Shown here: positions 40,700 to 53,540 of the stretch, in pieces
Layout of the letters: every line of letters begins with the position of its first letter
Numbering within the stretch: the stretch's first letter is position 1
Assembly (NCBI GenBank): GCA_951406725.2
Contig: OX597819.1
Coordinates: 93,496,001-93,560,000 of the forward strand
Length of the DNA: 64,000 nt
Direction: 5' to 3'
DNA from: Octopus vulgaris
Lineage: Eukaryota
Notes under the pieces: generated by a model
What the model was told of the DNA's origin: nothing
Seen by the model: the letters and a program-made list of their open reading frames with translations, nothing else
Database searches by the model: none
Program-made: the position numbers and the translations under genes

Positions 40700-41110
40700 T
40701 GGTTTGTGCTGTTGACTAAGAAGTGTCTTGTGTAGGACATGGGCTGCAACTAACAGGAATATCTTTTGGATTGAGTATAATATTATGAGCCTTGGTTATG
40801 TTATTTATGTTTTGTTCATATTTTTTTATAACTTGGGCCCTAGTATTTATTGGTATTGTGTTTAGTTTCATGTCTCATATTCTGCTCATTTCAACTTCAA
40901 GATCTTAGTACTATGACAATTTCTCCACTTCCTGTCAAGCACTATTTTGGTCAGAAGAAACTGAGAGAAGAAGTTTGATCAGAAGGAATTTAGAATTTGG
41001 TCAGATAAAATGTTTGCAGTTGGCAATTACATATCTGTATGTTCTGACTTCACACAGGTAAAGGTGGTAATTTGAATATTACACACAAGAATTTGACACA
41101 CCAACAGACT
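40700..41110 (-). pseudogene. R4/Dong-like RLE fragment, heavily decayed
   Basis: Minus strand VSSDQNSA*QEVEKLS*Y*DLEVEMSRI*DMKLNTIPI...QKIFLLVAAHVLHKTL. Confidence 0.65.
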
Positions 41111-41319
41111 GGACATGTAGTTAATCACTCTTTCTTATTCTTTGAAGCTTTTGTAAAGGAGTTTCTAGCTCAAAATATCAGGACTAATTAAGTATTTCTG
41201 AAGCAACTTTCCAATATCTTTGTTATTGCTATCGTTTGATAGTTAATTCCTTATCCAAATCATTATCACCTTCAATACCATATTGATGTTCCACAATGCT
41301 TCATTTAAACTAGAGAACG

Positions 41320-43070
41320 AAGAAGTTTGCCAATGTTCTTCTACATGAGGATCAGAAGCATGAGGTGATCTGGATTGTAAGACAGTGTATCATCGAGAAG
41401 TGAGATATTGTAAGCAGCAAGTGTGTATGGCTGGATAATAGTATACTTGCACCTAATAATATCAAAAAGAAAGAGGCACGTAAGTGCTACAATGAAAGGC
41501 TATTAAATGTGGAGAATGAATGGGAGAAAGGGAGTCTTCTCAACATAGACTCAACAGAGGGAACAGCTGTTCTGACTAACAGTAGTACAACAGAAAATGC
41601 AATTAAGGATATGAAGGCAGGGAAAGCCTCCGGTCCATCAGGAATTATCACTATCTGCCAGAGTAGGATGCTGCTAGCCACCTACATGGTTAATCAGGTC
41701 GTATAGAAAGCTGTTATACTCGACAACTGGCATAATATTATTATAGTCAACTTTTACAAGGGTAAAGGAGATGCTTTGGACAGAGTTAATTACAGAGGTA
41801 TCAAATTGCTGGACCAGGTCATGAAAGTTATTGAAAAAGTTTTAGCCTAATCAATTATTTAGGAAGAGAATTACATTAGGTGAGATGCAATTTGGCTTTT
41901 TGCCAGGGAGAAATTCTTCTGATACTCTCTTTCTAGTAAAACAACTATGAGATAAGCATTTAGCCAAAAGTAAATGGTATTCAGTGACCTGGAGAAAGCT
42001 TTCAACAGGATCGCTGGCTTTGGGGTAGATGAATGGCTTGTGACAGCCATATAAGTGATGAACAGGGGTGTTCTCAGTAAAGTGAGAGAGTAGTAATGAG
42101 TACAGCAATGAATTTAGTGTACAGGTAGGGGTTCACCAGTGCTCAGTTCTCACTTCCTCCTAGTCATAGCAGAGGAATTTAAGATCAGCTGACCTTGGGA
42201 TCTACTGTATGATCATAGAATTTGTAAAGTTTACAAGTGTGGAAGCAAAAGCAGGAATCAAAGCCTTTAAAGTTAACTTAGCAAAGACCAAAGTTCTAAT
42301 TAGCAGCAAAATAGATAGGACTCTACTACCTTCAGGATAATGGTTCTGCTCAATATATAGAAAATATGTAGATAGAAATTCTATAGTGTACCCAGTGTAA
42401 ACTATGGCTACACAAAATATGCAGTGAAATCACAGAAGCTTAACACAGAAAGTAGTATTTGTATGTGGCAGATATGCAAGAACAATAAATATTAAGGACA
42501 CATGGAAACAGATTTTTCTCAAATGTTAGGAGGCTCTCTAAAGGTAATAGATAGTTTCCGTTTCTTAGGTGATTTAATTAGGAGTGGAAGTAGATGTTCA
42601 GAAAGGATGGAGAAAGTTCAAAATGCTGTTATTTCTGTTGGCAACAAAAGGTCTTGTTTAAGAATAACAGACAGATTGTATGATGCCTGTGTACAATTAG
42701 CAATGCTAAATGGTAGTGAGATGTAAGCTCCAAATGCAGAAGACATGTGAGGGCTAGAAAAGAATGAAGCTACTATGCTCTGTTAGATGCACAATTTTAG
42801 CATGCATGTACAACAAAGTTTAAGTGTGTTGAGAAAAAGACTGGGCATATAAAGAATGAGGTGTAGTGTGCAAGAGAGAAGACTGCTGGTATGGCCATGC
42901 AATCCATATGAAGAGCCAATCACTAAAAGTGGATGGAACTTGTGGACGAAGGAGATTCAGGAAGAGATAGGACAAAATAGCAAAAACTGATCTCAAGATT
43001 TTGAAACTGATGGAGATGATAAAGAGCTGAGATGATTGGTATTTTGTTGTGTGCAAGAAGACACAGTAAA
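41320..43070 (+). pseudogene. RTE-clade LINE ORF remnant (reverse transcriptase) with stops and frameshifts
   Basis: AIKDMKAGKASGPSGI; YKGKGDALDRVNYRGIKLL; MQFGFLPGR; DLEKAFNR; GVHQCSVL; KVNLAKTKVL; SFRFLGD; LYDACVQLAMLNGSE. Confidence 0.92.
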
Positions 43071-44357
43071 TTGACAGCATGATCCTAAAAGCTACCATTC
43101 TATCCCTGTGAAGCCTTCTCCACCTCTCATCTTCCCTAACACCTATCTCTTCACTCTGCTAACTATGTCACTTCTTAGCTGCTATAATGATGTTAGGGAA
43201 GAAATTTTATACCTGTTTATGTGACCAGTCACCTTCCCCTTCACCATCTTACTGTAATCACTTCTCAAAATCCATCCTTCATTCTCAAAATCATTCCTTC
43301 CCACTTTATTCTCCACTGATCGCCCCATTCTATATCTCCCTGAAACACATCTTAGGACTGCCAAATCCTTATCTTTAACACCCTCTCTTATCTCTTGTCA
43401 TTCTTATCACCTTGCCATATCTGCAGTCAGTGGCTTTCAACCTTTATTGTAATTCCAAAATAAAAATTGACTTGAAGTGTGGTGACACATCCAATCCATA
43501 CCAGTATAGAAGAAAAAAAAACAAATACAAAATGATGATGATGATGATATATATAAGCATGGGAGTGTGTGGTGTATATGTGTGGGTGGTGCATGTGGTT
43601 GTATACAAGTGTGTGTCTGCATGTATCTGTGTATGGGCACTTGCGTGTGAGTGTGTGTGCACACGTGCATGCATGTGTGTATGTGTATGTGTGTGTGTGA
43701 CTGCATGTATCTGTGAGTGCTTGTGTGTGTGTACACACGTGCATGCATGTGTGTATGTGTGCGTGTGTGTGCATGCATGTACATGTGTTTGTGTCTGCAT
43801 GAGTGTGTATTGTGTTTTAATCTATTATAGTTTCTTAGTTTCCATGTAAATGTCTCCCTCAGAAACCTGCACACTGTATACTTTTTTGTCTTCTTCAAGA
43901 ATCTGTTCCTTTGTCCAATATATTGACAGAACATTCTATTACAAAGAATAAATGTACTCATTTTCACTTCAGACAAGTCATTGTTTACTTAATGTCTTTA
44001 ATCATAAACTTACCATTGTCAGGGAGTTGCATTAAGTAACAATAACCTCTGATATCAGGTTCTTTATAACATCAGATAATAATGTACTTACAATAAATGT
44101 ACAATTATTGCTCTTACCTTTTTGCATCACTACCTCCTGTTTCATTTTCTCATCTTGGAAGATTTTTTTTTTCCGCAGCTGTTCAGAATTGCCAGTGACC
44201 TAATAATACTTATTCAGTTGTAAATCCCAAAAGCATAACTTTGAGAGGAGTTTTCAGAATTCTATTTTGAAGATCTTGATGTCCTGGAAATAAATAATCT
44301 TATCCTCATAGAATGCAACATTGATGAAGATCAGTATCCATTATTACTTCAACAGAA

Positions 44358-44555
44358 GGTGATTAACTAGCAGGATCATTAGTATGCTGGGTGAAATGCC
44401 TAGTGGCATTTCATTTGTCTTCATGCTCTGAGTTCAAATTCCACTGGGGGTCGACTTTACCGTTTATCCTTTCAGGAGTGATAAAATAAGTACCAGTTGT
44501 AATTGACTAGTCCCCCTCCTCCAAAATTTCAGGTCTGTGCCTATAGTAGAAAGGG
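44358..44555 (+). mobile_element. SINE family D with 17 bp TSD
   Basis: TTATTACTTCAACAGAA at 44341-44357 and 44556-44572. Confidence 0.9.
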
Positions 44556-45934
44556 TTATTACTTCAACAGAAATAGATTTATTTGTACATGAATGGAGAA
44601 TATAAAAATGTTAGGAATAGGTTAAACTGCGATCAAAGAAATGTTAATGGCTTAAAACTAACATTGCTGGTTATGATTTCCGTTATGTGAAAAATTTAGA
44701 ATTCTCTTTTTCTTTTTTTGGTTTTTTTACATTTTACTCTTTCAGTCATTGAACTATGACCATGCTGGGACACAAATTGACCTTGGTATTACTTTTAAGA
44801 CTGATACTTTTTCCATCACTTTCTTTTGCTGAATTTCTAAGATACGGTGATGTAAACAAACCAACACTGGTTGTCAAGTAACAGTGAGAGAACAAACACA
44901 ATTTCAAAGATTCAGACACATGCACACACACACACACACACGCAAATACATATACAGTATCTATCTACCAAATTTATGAGACTATAAGAAGACACTCGCC
45001 CAAGGTATTGTGCAGTGGAACTGAACCCACAATGTGTGGTTGCAAAACAAACTTTTTAACCATATGGCCATGGAAGATTTCTAACCAAAAGTTCCTGACA
45101 TGCCTTTCTCCTTTTAAGTTAAGTTATTTATCTATCGTTTTGAATAAACTTTCCCATCACTATAGCTAATTGGATAAGAATTCTGTTATTTTCTGTTTTT
45201 TAACTTTGGTATTTTTCTGAATTTTTTGTCGGTTTCTATTCTGTTAAATTTCTCTCCAATTCAGAAACAAAAAGAGAACAAACTTTTAGATAGCCATAAT
45301 TCTCTATAAACATTACATTAGCTACTTTTGATTTACAGGAATGTAGAAATGTATATTATATAATAACAATTCCATTTAGTTAAAACAATTTATTTATATC
45401 TAGCAACTTACACTAGTTATTTTTTTACCCGGTAAATGTTGTTTAATAAAAATTGTAATCCAATAATGTAGACTCTTTGAATATTTGGTCAGTTTGTATA
45501 AATAATTCAAACAAATATCTCTATTTTGTGAAATGTTTTAATGTTACAAAAGCTTGTATATGGGGTAATGTAAGGAAATAGGCATATAAAATATAATATA
45601 CATCTGTACATCAATACATTTATAATGGAAGGCACACATTCATATATCATCAACTTTTAATACATACTTTTTGGTGTTTTCCAAATAGTCTCCGTTAGTT
45701 TCAGCTCTATTCATATAACCATATTACTTATCTAAGCATTACTTAACCTTTCCATTAGGATATACTCTTTAAGTTTCAAAAATACAGTTTGCTATAGATG
45801 TTCCATATATGGTAATATAGATTTTGTTGCAATATTATAATGGTTTTGCTCGTGTGGAGCTTTGAGAGTATTCTTAATATTCAGGTTACAGGAGTTCTGA
45901 TTTACGCAGTTATTAACCTACTTCTTTGCAGTTA

Positions 45935-46201
45935 TCTTCTATCTTTTACTAGCTTCAGTCAGTAAACTGCGGCCATGCTGGAGCACCGTTTGAAGTATTT
46001 TAGGTGAATGAATCAACCCATGTACTTATTTCTTTTAAGCTTGATACTTTATATTATCGGTCTCTTTTGTTGAGCTGTTAAGTTACAGGGATATAAACAC
46101 ACCAACAACAGTTGTCAATCAGTGAGGGAGGGGGGGGCAAACACAGACATAAAGACACACACACACGTATGTATATATGATTATACATGTATAAATGTAT
46201 G

Positions 46202-46237
<36 letters not shown>

Positions 46238-46709
46238 CATAGGCACAGGGGTGGCTATGTGGTAAGAATTGTGCTTCCCAACCACATGGTTCCAGTTTCA
46301 GTTCCATTGCATGGCACCTTGGGCAAGTGTCCTCTGCTATTGCCTCAGGCTGACCAAAGCCTTGTGAGTGTATTTGATAGATAAAGAAATCCATTGTATG
46401 TGTGTGTGTGTGTGTGTATGTATGCATGTATGTGTGTGTGTGTGCAATCGCGCCTGTGTGTGTCTGTGTATTTGTATGTCTGTGTATGTCCCCACCAATA
46501 TTGCTTGACAACCAATGCTGGTGTGTTTACATCCCCTGTAACTTAGCAGTTTGGCAAAAGAGGCCAATAGAATAAGTACTAGGCTAGCAAAAAAACAAGT
46601 CCTGTCGTCGATTTGTCCACCGAAAGGCAGTGCTCCAGCATGGCCACAGTCAAATAACTGAAACAAGTGAAAGAATAAAAGAATACATATATGTGTATGT
46701 ATATATATA

Positions 46710-46743
<34 letters not shown>

Positions 46744-46945
46744 CATGCCAGTATGGAAGATGGGTGTTAAATGATGAGGGTATCTATATATATATATATA
46801 AATGATAGGCTTCTTTCATGTTCCATCAACCAAATCCACTAATGAGGCTTTCGTTGGACTGAATCTATAACAGAAGCCATTTGCTCAAGGTGCCATGCAA
46901 TGGGACTGAACCCAGACCCCTGTGGTTAGGAAACAAACGTCTTAC
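45935..46945 (-). mobile_element. SINE A split by an opposite-strand SINE A inserted in its central microsatellite
   Basis: 3' half 45935-46170 and 5' half 46805-46945 on the minus strand. Confidence 0.75.
46240..46685 (+). mobile_element. SINE family A, full-length, nested
   Basis: TAGGCACAGGGGTGGCTATGTGG head to GAAACAAGTGAAAGAATAAAAGAAT tail. Confidence 0.9.
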
Positions 46946-47797
46946 CTCACTGCCACACCTGCATTTAATAACATTCCTAATATTCAGGTTACACATGTTC
47001 AGATTCACACAGTTATCAACCTACTTCTTTACATTTATTTATTTATTTTATATAATAATTAGTGAACAAGAGTATTGTTGATTACAGGTTTCTAATGGAC
47101 ACAATCACTGGTTCATTGCATCTTTTGAAGGCAACTGTGACAAGAGATAGTCTGTTATTCATTGTGTCTCAATGTGCTTTCTTCCTAAAGCTTCCTTTTA
47201 TTAGTATAATTATCTTTTGTTAAAATGCATCACTGAAACATATACATACACACACTTATAATACATACATACCTACTTATATACATACATGCATACATAC
47301 ATGCATACAGACAGACAGACACTTTAAAGTGGTTGGCATTAGGAAGGGCATCCAGTCATAGAAACCAAGTCAAATCAGACTGGAAGCTGGTACAGCTGTC
47401 CTGCTTGCCAGCTCTGGTCAAACTGTCCAACTCATACCAGCTTGGAAAATGAACGTTAAAGGATGATGATGATGGTGAGGATGAGGAAAATGATACATAT
47501 GTGGCGGCTATCAACTCATAGACAAGTATGACCGTCACTGACAAATTATCTTATCCTAGTTGTTAAAGAGAAAGGATGTCAGCAATGCCCATACTAAAAT
47601 TCTTAGTCAATAACAGCTTGCACAACACTGCTAAGACTCTCACCTATAAAGCCAAATAGTCTAGAAACAAGTGAGCACAAGAACTCCAGGTTCGCAATGA
47701 GGCAGATATTATTTTGGAATTTCCTTCTAGATATTTGCTTCAGGTTTGGGGAATTGCACATCCATTGATTTATCATCTGCTAGGTATTACGTCCAGT

Positions 47798-48115
47798 GGA
47801 CGCACATGGCCTAGTGGTTAGAGCAGTGGACTCGCAGTCGAGGGATCATGGGTTCGAATCTCAAACCGGGCAATGTGTGTGTTTATGAGTGAAACACCTA
47901 AGCTCCACGTGGCTCCAGCAGAAGGTAATGGTGCACTTCTGCTGACTTTTCGCCACAACTTTCTCTCACTCTTTCCTCCTGCATCTTGCATCTTGCAACT
48001 CACCTGTGACGGACCGGCATCCTGTCCAGGTGGGGAACCTGTACACCAAGGAAACTGGGAAACTGGCCCTTATGAGCGAGGCATGGCTCGAGAAGGAACA
48101 AACAACAAAACAACA
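47798..48115 (+). mobile_element. SINE family B with 16 bp TSD
   Basis: TGGCCTAGTGG and GGTTCGAATCTC boxes; AGGTATTAC(G/A)TCCAGT at 47782-47797 and 48116-48131. Confidence 0.92.
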
Positions 48116-48261
48116 AGGTATTACATCCAGTATTTCTGTCTCCAGACAGACATACATATATACATGTATATATATATATATACATATATATACATGCATA
48201 TGCCCATAACAGGCTTCCACACAGTTTCTGTTGGCTAATTTCCTCTTACAAGATTAGTAGA

Positions 48262-48520
48262 AATGTGTGGCATAGTGGTTAGGGAGTTGGACTCTTGATT
48301 GTAAGATTGTGGTTTTGATTCCTGGACTGGGCAACACATTGTGTTCTTGAGCAAAACACTTCATTTCATGTTGCTCCAGTCCACTCAGATGGCAAAAATG
48401 AGTAATCCTGCAATGGACCAGTCTCCTATCCAGGTGAGGGATTTATAAGCCATAGAAACTGAGAAACCAGGAGACTGGCCTTTATGAGTCAGCATAACTC
48501 AGGAAGGTAACTTTACCCTG
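48262..48520 (+). mobile_element. tRNA SINE with family E-like head and family B-like 3' part, inserted in a minus-strand SINE A
   Basis: GTGTTCTTGAGCAAAACACTT (E-like) followed by CCTGCAATGGACCAG..ATCCAGG..GAAACTGAGAAACC (B-like); relatives near 25570-25780 and 51125-51360. Confidence 0.7.
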
Positions 48521-51500
48521 AAGATGGTAATTTCTTGCAAGATTTTGGCCAAACTGAGCTATGAGAGGAAAAAAATACTTAACCAAGGTATCATACAGTA
48601 GAATCAAAGTGAGAGCTACATGGTTGTGAAATTAACTCTTCAGCCACATAGCCAATAGCCTGTTATAGTGATATTCTTCGATGGACTTGTGCATATTCCA
48701 TTTATTCATATAGAAGAACATTTAAAGTGATATTGAAGCATTAAAAATAAGTGACACAGTGTAATCTTATAAACTAAAGGAAACCCTATTCAGATGGACA
48801 GAATTTTCAATAGAATACTGGTCAGAAATTGAGTCTGATAACAGTTCGACAATCTTTGGAATATTTTGTAGCATCAACTGATATGAAAAAAATAAATAAA
48901 TGAAATTATGTAATATCAATAAGAAATGACAAATTCTATGTACACTTCAATGAAATCTTTTAGTGATGGAGAGTAATTAAGTGTGTGGGCCTGAATTCTA
49001 AATTAAATTTATTGCTAAAAGACATCCTGAAACATGTCCCTACATAATGCAATGAACCAGTGATTGGCCTGTTGCAACCTTGTAATGAACACTGTTATTG
49101 TTCACAAATGCATGGTATGATAAAAAAAAAAAGTTATTTGATCAAAGTGTGTTGACTGAGAACTATCAATGATACAACTGAACACATCACTAGTAGAAAT
49201 ATTATTCAGAATTAGTAAAAGTGAGTCGGTAATGATTAATCAATAAAGGTGTAAAATATTTCAGTTATTTTTCTATCTTAATGCTGGAGTTTGGTGTAAT
49301 GGTTTCCATCTATCTTGCATCTCAATCAATTTTTTGTGTTTCACAAATATGGATTTCAAACTTTGAACTTGCTAGTGCTTTATTTTCATTTCCATAAAAG
49401 ATGGTTATCTATGATCTCACTTGTTTGCACAAATGGTTATTTACAATCATTTATGATGTTTGTAAAAGAAGAAAATCTTTTTTTCATTTTCGTTTTTTGT
49501 GTCTATTAACCTCAGATTCTGCACCCAGCGTCTAATCAACATAGTTAAAAAATATTTCTACATTTCTTTTAATCATTTCTGTATATTTCACATAAATTCA
49601 GATAAGCTGATCGGTTCATTAAAATATGAGTCATGACAAAAGCATAAAGAAAAGAGGTAATTTATAATCTAACAATGGTACACTTCAAAGTCCCATTGTA
49701 TTGTACTACCCCTACAACAAAACTTTTAGCTTATCATTTTCTTATATTCTTTCACTTTTCTCTCCACTCATATTCAGACAGCATATTCTATTTCATGTGT
49801 TCCTATCACCAGTTGTTTTATATATATCTTTTTAATAGCATGCTACCAAGGGATCGGTTATGTCATTAAGAATAAATTAGTTAATATAATACCTGACTAA
49901 TATGTAGATGAATGTTCTAGTTACTCACTCACGTAAGTAGTGCCCTTCCTTGATACTATAATTTGATGTTTTGGTGAGAACATCTGCTATTTTAACAGAC
50001 AATCAGACAGAAATGCATAAATGTATCCACCCACACAAACATGCGCAGACACATATATACACACATATAAATTTACACTCTTCTTGTTTGGCATCTGTGA
50101 GTCTTGGAAAACCATGGGTCTGCATATGGAAAGTCTTGCTTCAGTCTATGTAGGTAAAATGTGGTAGAACAATAATGAAATGTTGCTCTCCAAGATGCAA
50201 GAAATGGATAAGGGTGCTCAGAAACCCAGTAGTTTCCATGTAGTGTGTTTTTCCCATTTCATGCCATCTATGTTGGCACCAGTATCATTGCAGTTGTCAG
50301 AATGTAGCTGAAGGCAACACCCAACTGCTTTAAGGCACGAGTGCCTAATTTGTAGTTGTTTAAATTGATCCCAGCACTTGATTGACACCAGCATTTTTTA
50401 TCAACTCTAGATGGCTCACCTTCCTAAGATTTAAACAAAGAAACAAGCTAAAATAAATACCACAGAAATTTTGCTCAATACATTTACAATTTGCCAGCAG
50501 CGACCACCCTCACATTCGCTCTTACACATTATAAAAAGAAATGAGTAAAATTGAAGAAAAACTGTTTTCCCCATCATTCCAATTCTGACACTTATATTTC
50601 ATTTATTTATTTATTTATTTGTAGTTAGCTGTCATGGAATGAATGTATTTATAATTCAACATCACAGAGTACTTCAATTTTTTTATCATCGCATCTCTAA
50701 GGAAACATTTTTAGATTTGATCTAAACTATTCTCCGGTCTTTTATGGTCTACTTCCATTGCAGGTTCCATCACCAATTACAAATATCTTTTTTTACCCAG
50801 AATTGATCCATTCATATGATATTGCCATTCAATTTAGTCATCTCTCCTGCATATTTCAACTGCTAATGCATTTATAGTTGCTTTTTCAGATTATTTTCAA
50901 CTTTTCCAAATATCTTCAATTATCTTATCTCTAATAAGAAATATTTTAAAGTTACTTCTTTCCATAATTCTAACAGAGTAAAATTGATTATACAACAACC
51001 AAATTGAAAAATAATTGTTTTTTAAATCAATGGCTTTAACAGAGATAATCCACCAGGAATATTTTCCGTTGTGGGAAAAGCCCTTACATAATTTTTTTGT
51101 TTTTTTTACATTATTGTCTTGAGTTCTAGAACTCATAGGGCTGGTTACTTGGTTTCCATGGTGCATAAGTGACCAATATCACAACATTCTTCCTGGAAAG
51201 GAATCTAGTCCATAACAGATTTACTCACAGCTGAGTGAACTGAAGCAACATGAAAAGAAGTGTTTTGCTCAAGAACATTATGCACCACCTAACCCATGAA
51301 ATCGAAAACATGATCTTGAAACAACTCTAAGTGCAACACCCTGACCACAAGGTCATTCCAACATAATTACACCATAGAAATTTAGAATTGGTAGAATAAA
51401 AACGAATTCAATTGTAATATGGTGACAAATCATAAAAATTATATCTCATAGTGTTACAAGTATTAGATTAAACATATTTGGTGGTCAATTTGCCATTGAG

Positions 51501-52048
51501 ACTTTACTAAAACAGATTCCCCATTCTTCATTTGTATTAGAAAAATGAAAGCTTAGTTCAGTTAATGAAAGCCCTTAGCATTCTAAGCTGAGATGTTCAT
51601 GTTACAAACCTAATATTTTCAGTTAGCACATTAAAATTAATGCAGTAGATTTATTGAAAATAATTTGCTTTTACTATTTTATATTCTTACTTTATATAAT
51701 TTTTATGAATGGAATGGTCCTGCAGAGGTATATATGTAAAAACATATACCTCTGATTTCAAATAAATTTGCAGACAGTCATCATAGAAATATAGTTATGA
51801 TTCTCAATATGATTTGACTCAATATAATTGTTTGCAATACATTGAGTATATAAATACAAGCTGCATAACATCACCTAAGTAATAATATGGAATGGACGCG
51901 TGTGTGTGTATGTGTATGTGTGTGTGTGTGAGGGGGGGTTGTGTGTAGCTAAGAATGCACAGCACCTTGAGCAAGTTTCTTCTACAATAGCCCCAGGCTT
52001 GTAAAAGGATTTAGTACATGGAAACTGAAAAAAATCCCATCGTGTGTA

Positions 52049-52082
<34 letters not shown>

Positions 52083-52083
<1 letters not shown>

Positions 52084-52478
52084 TCTTTTACTTGTTTCAG
52101 GCATTTGACTGAGGGCCATGCTGGAGCACCGCCTTTAATCGAGCAACTCGACCCGGGACTTATTCTTTTGCAAGCCCAATACTGATTCTATCGGTCTCTC
52201 TCGCCGAACTGCTAAGTAACGGGGACATAAACACACCAGCATCGGCTGTCAAGCAATGCTAGGGGGACAATCATAGACACACAAACATAGACACGCATAT
52301 ATATACATATATACGACGGGCTTCTTTCAGTTTCCGTCTACCAAATCCACTCACAAGGCTTTGGATGGCCTGGGGCTATAGTAGAAGACACTTGCCCAAG
52401 GTGCCACGCAGTGGGACTGAACCCGGAACCATGTGGTTGGTAAACAAGCTACTTACCACACAGCCATGCCTGCGCCTA
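52083..52478 (-). mobile_element. SINE family A, full-length, in (TA)n
   Basis: Collinear with 36373-36772. Confidence 0.92.
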
Positions 52479-52494
52479 TATATATATATCTCAA

Positions 52495-53540
52495 TCATCA
52501 TCATCATTTAACGTGTCTGCTTTCCATACTGGCATGGGTTAGATAGCTTGACTGGAACTGGAACTGAGAGCTACACCTGGTTCCAGTCTGAATTTGGTTT
52601 GGTTTCTATGGCTGGATGCCTTTCCTAATGCCAACCACTCCAAGAGTGTAATGGATGCCTTCTACAAATCACTGACATGGGTGTTTTTACATGTTACCGA
52701 CACAGAAGCTGTTATATGCCACCAACACCAACCACACTTGGTTTGATGAGTCTTCTCAAGCACAGTAAATTGCCAAAGGTCATGATCACTTGCCATCGCC
52801 TCTGTGAGGTTCCACATTCAAAGGACATCCTTCACCACTTTATTTCATGTCTTCCTGGGCCAACCTCTTCTTCAGGTTCCCTCTACAGTTAAAGATTAGC
52901 ATTTCTTTACACAGCTATCCTCATCCATATGCATCACATGACCATACCGGTGCAGTCGTCTCTCTTGCACACCACATCTGATGCCTCTTATGCCTAATTT
53001 TTCTCTCAAAATACTAACACTCAGTCGTACATGCACACTGACATTGCATATCCAGCAGAGCATACTAGATTCATTTCTTTCAACCTTTCACATGACATCT
53101 GCCCTCACAGCCCATGTTTCACTGCCATATAACATGGCTGTTCACACACAGGCATCATACAATTTGTCATTCCCTCTAAGAGAGAGGCCCTTTGTTGCCA
53201 ACAAAGCTAGAAGCTCTCTGAACTTTGCCTAGCCTATTCTTATTCTAGCAGCTATGCTATCGGAGCATCCCCCTCTACTGTTGACTTAGTCATCTAGATA
53301 ACAATAGCTATCTAGGTATCCCATTGGCATTTGAGGGAGTCTATTTTCTGTATATGTCTAGTGCTTACTGTACCTGTGCACCTGCCACATGCAAAGATTA
53401 TTTTCCCTGTTAACCTTCATCTGATATTGCTGCATTTCTTATGCATCGTTAGCTTGCAACATACACCGTTTGGAGTTTCTATATATTAAGCAGGGCTATC
53501 TATCTGAAGGAATTTGTGATTTGTCAGCATTCCTACTAAG
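52495..53540 (-). pseudogene. 5'-truncated RTE LINE: ORF C-terminus, 3' UTR (family C) and (GAT)n tail
   Basis: Minus strand HKKCSNI..FACGRC, CYLDD, LYDACV*TAMLYGSETWAV, RRLHRYGHV, RRGWPRKT*; homologous to 42340-43070. Confidence 0.88.

Noticed and set aside
44160-44225. Strong-looking splice acceptor TTTTTTTTTCCGCAG
   Set aside because: All three frames stop within about 15 codons and no linked exon was found
47798-47870. tRNA-like sequences with A and B boxes (also near 22090, 60410-60481, 3300-3376)
   Set aside because: They continue into SINE bodies bounded by TSDs; SINE heads, not tRNA genes
51722-51755. Hairpin CAGAGGTATAT...ATATACCTCTG
   Set aside because: Single 11 bp stem, partly TA-rich, with no supporting context
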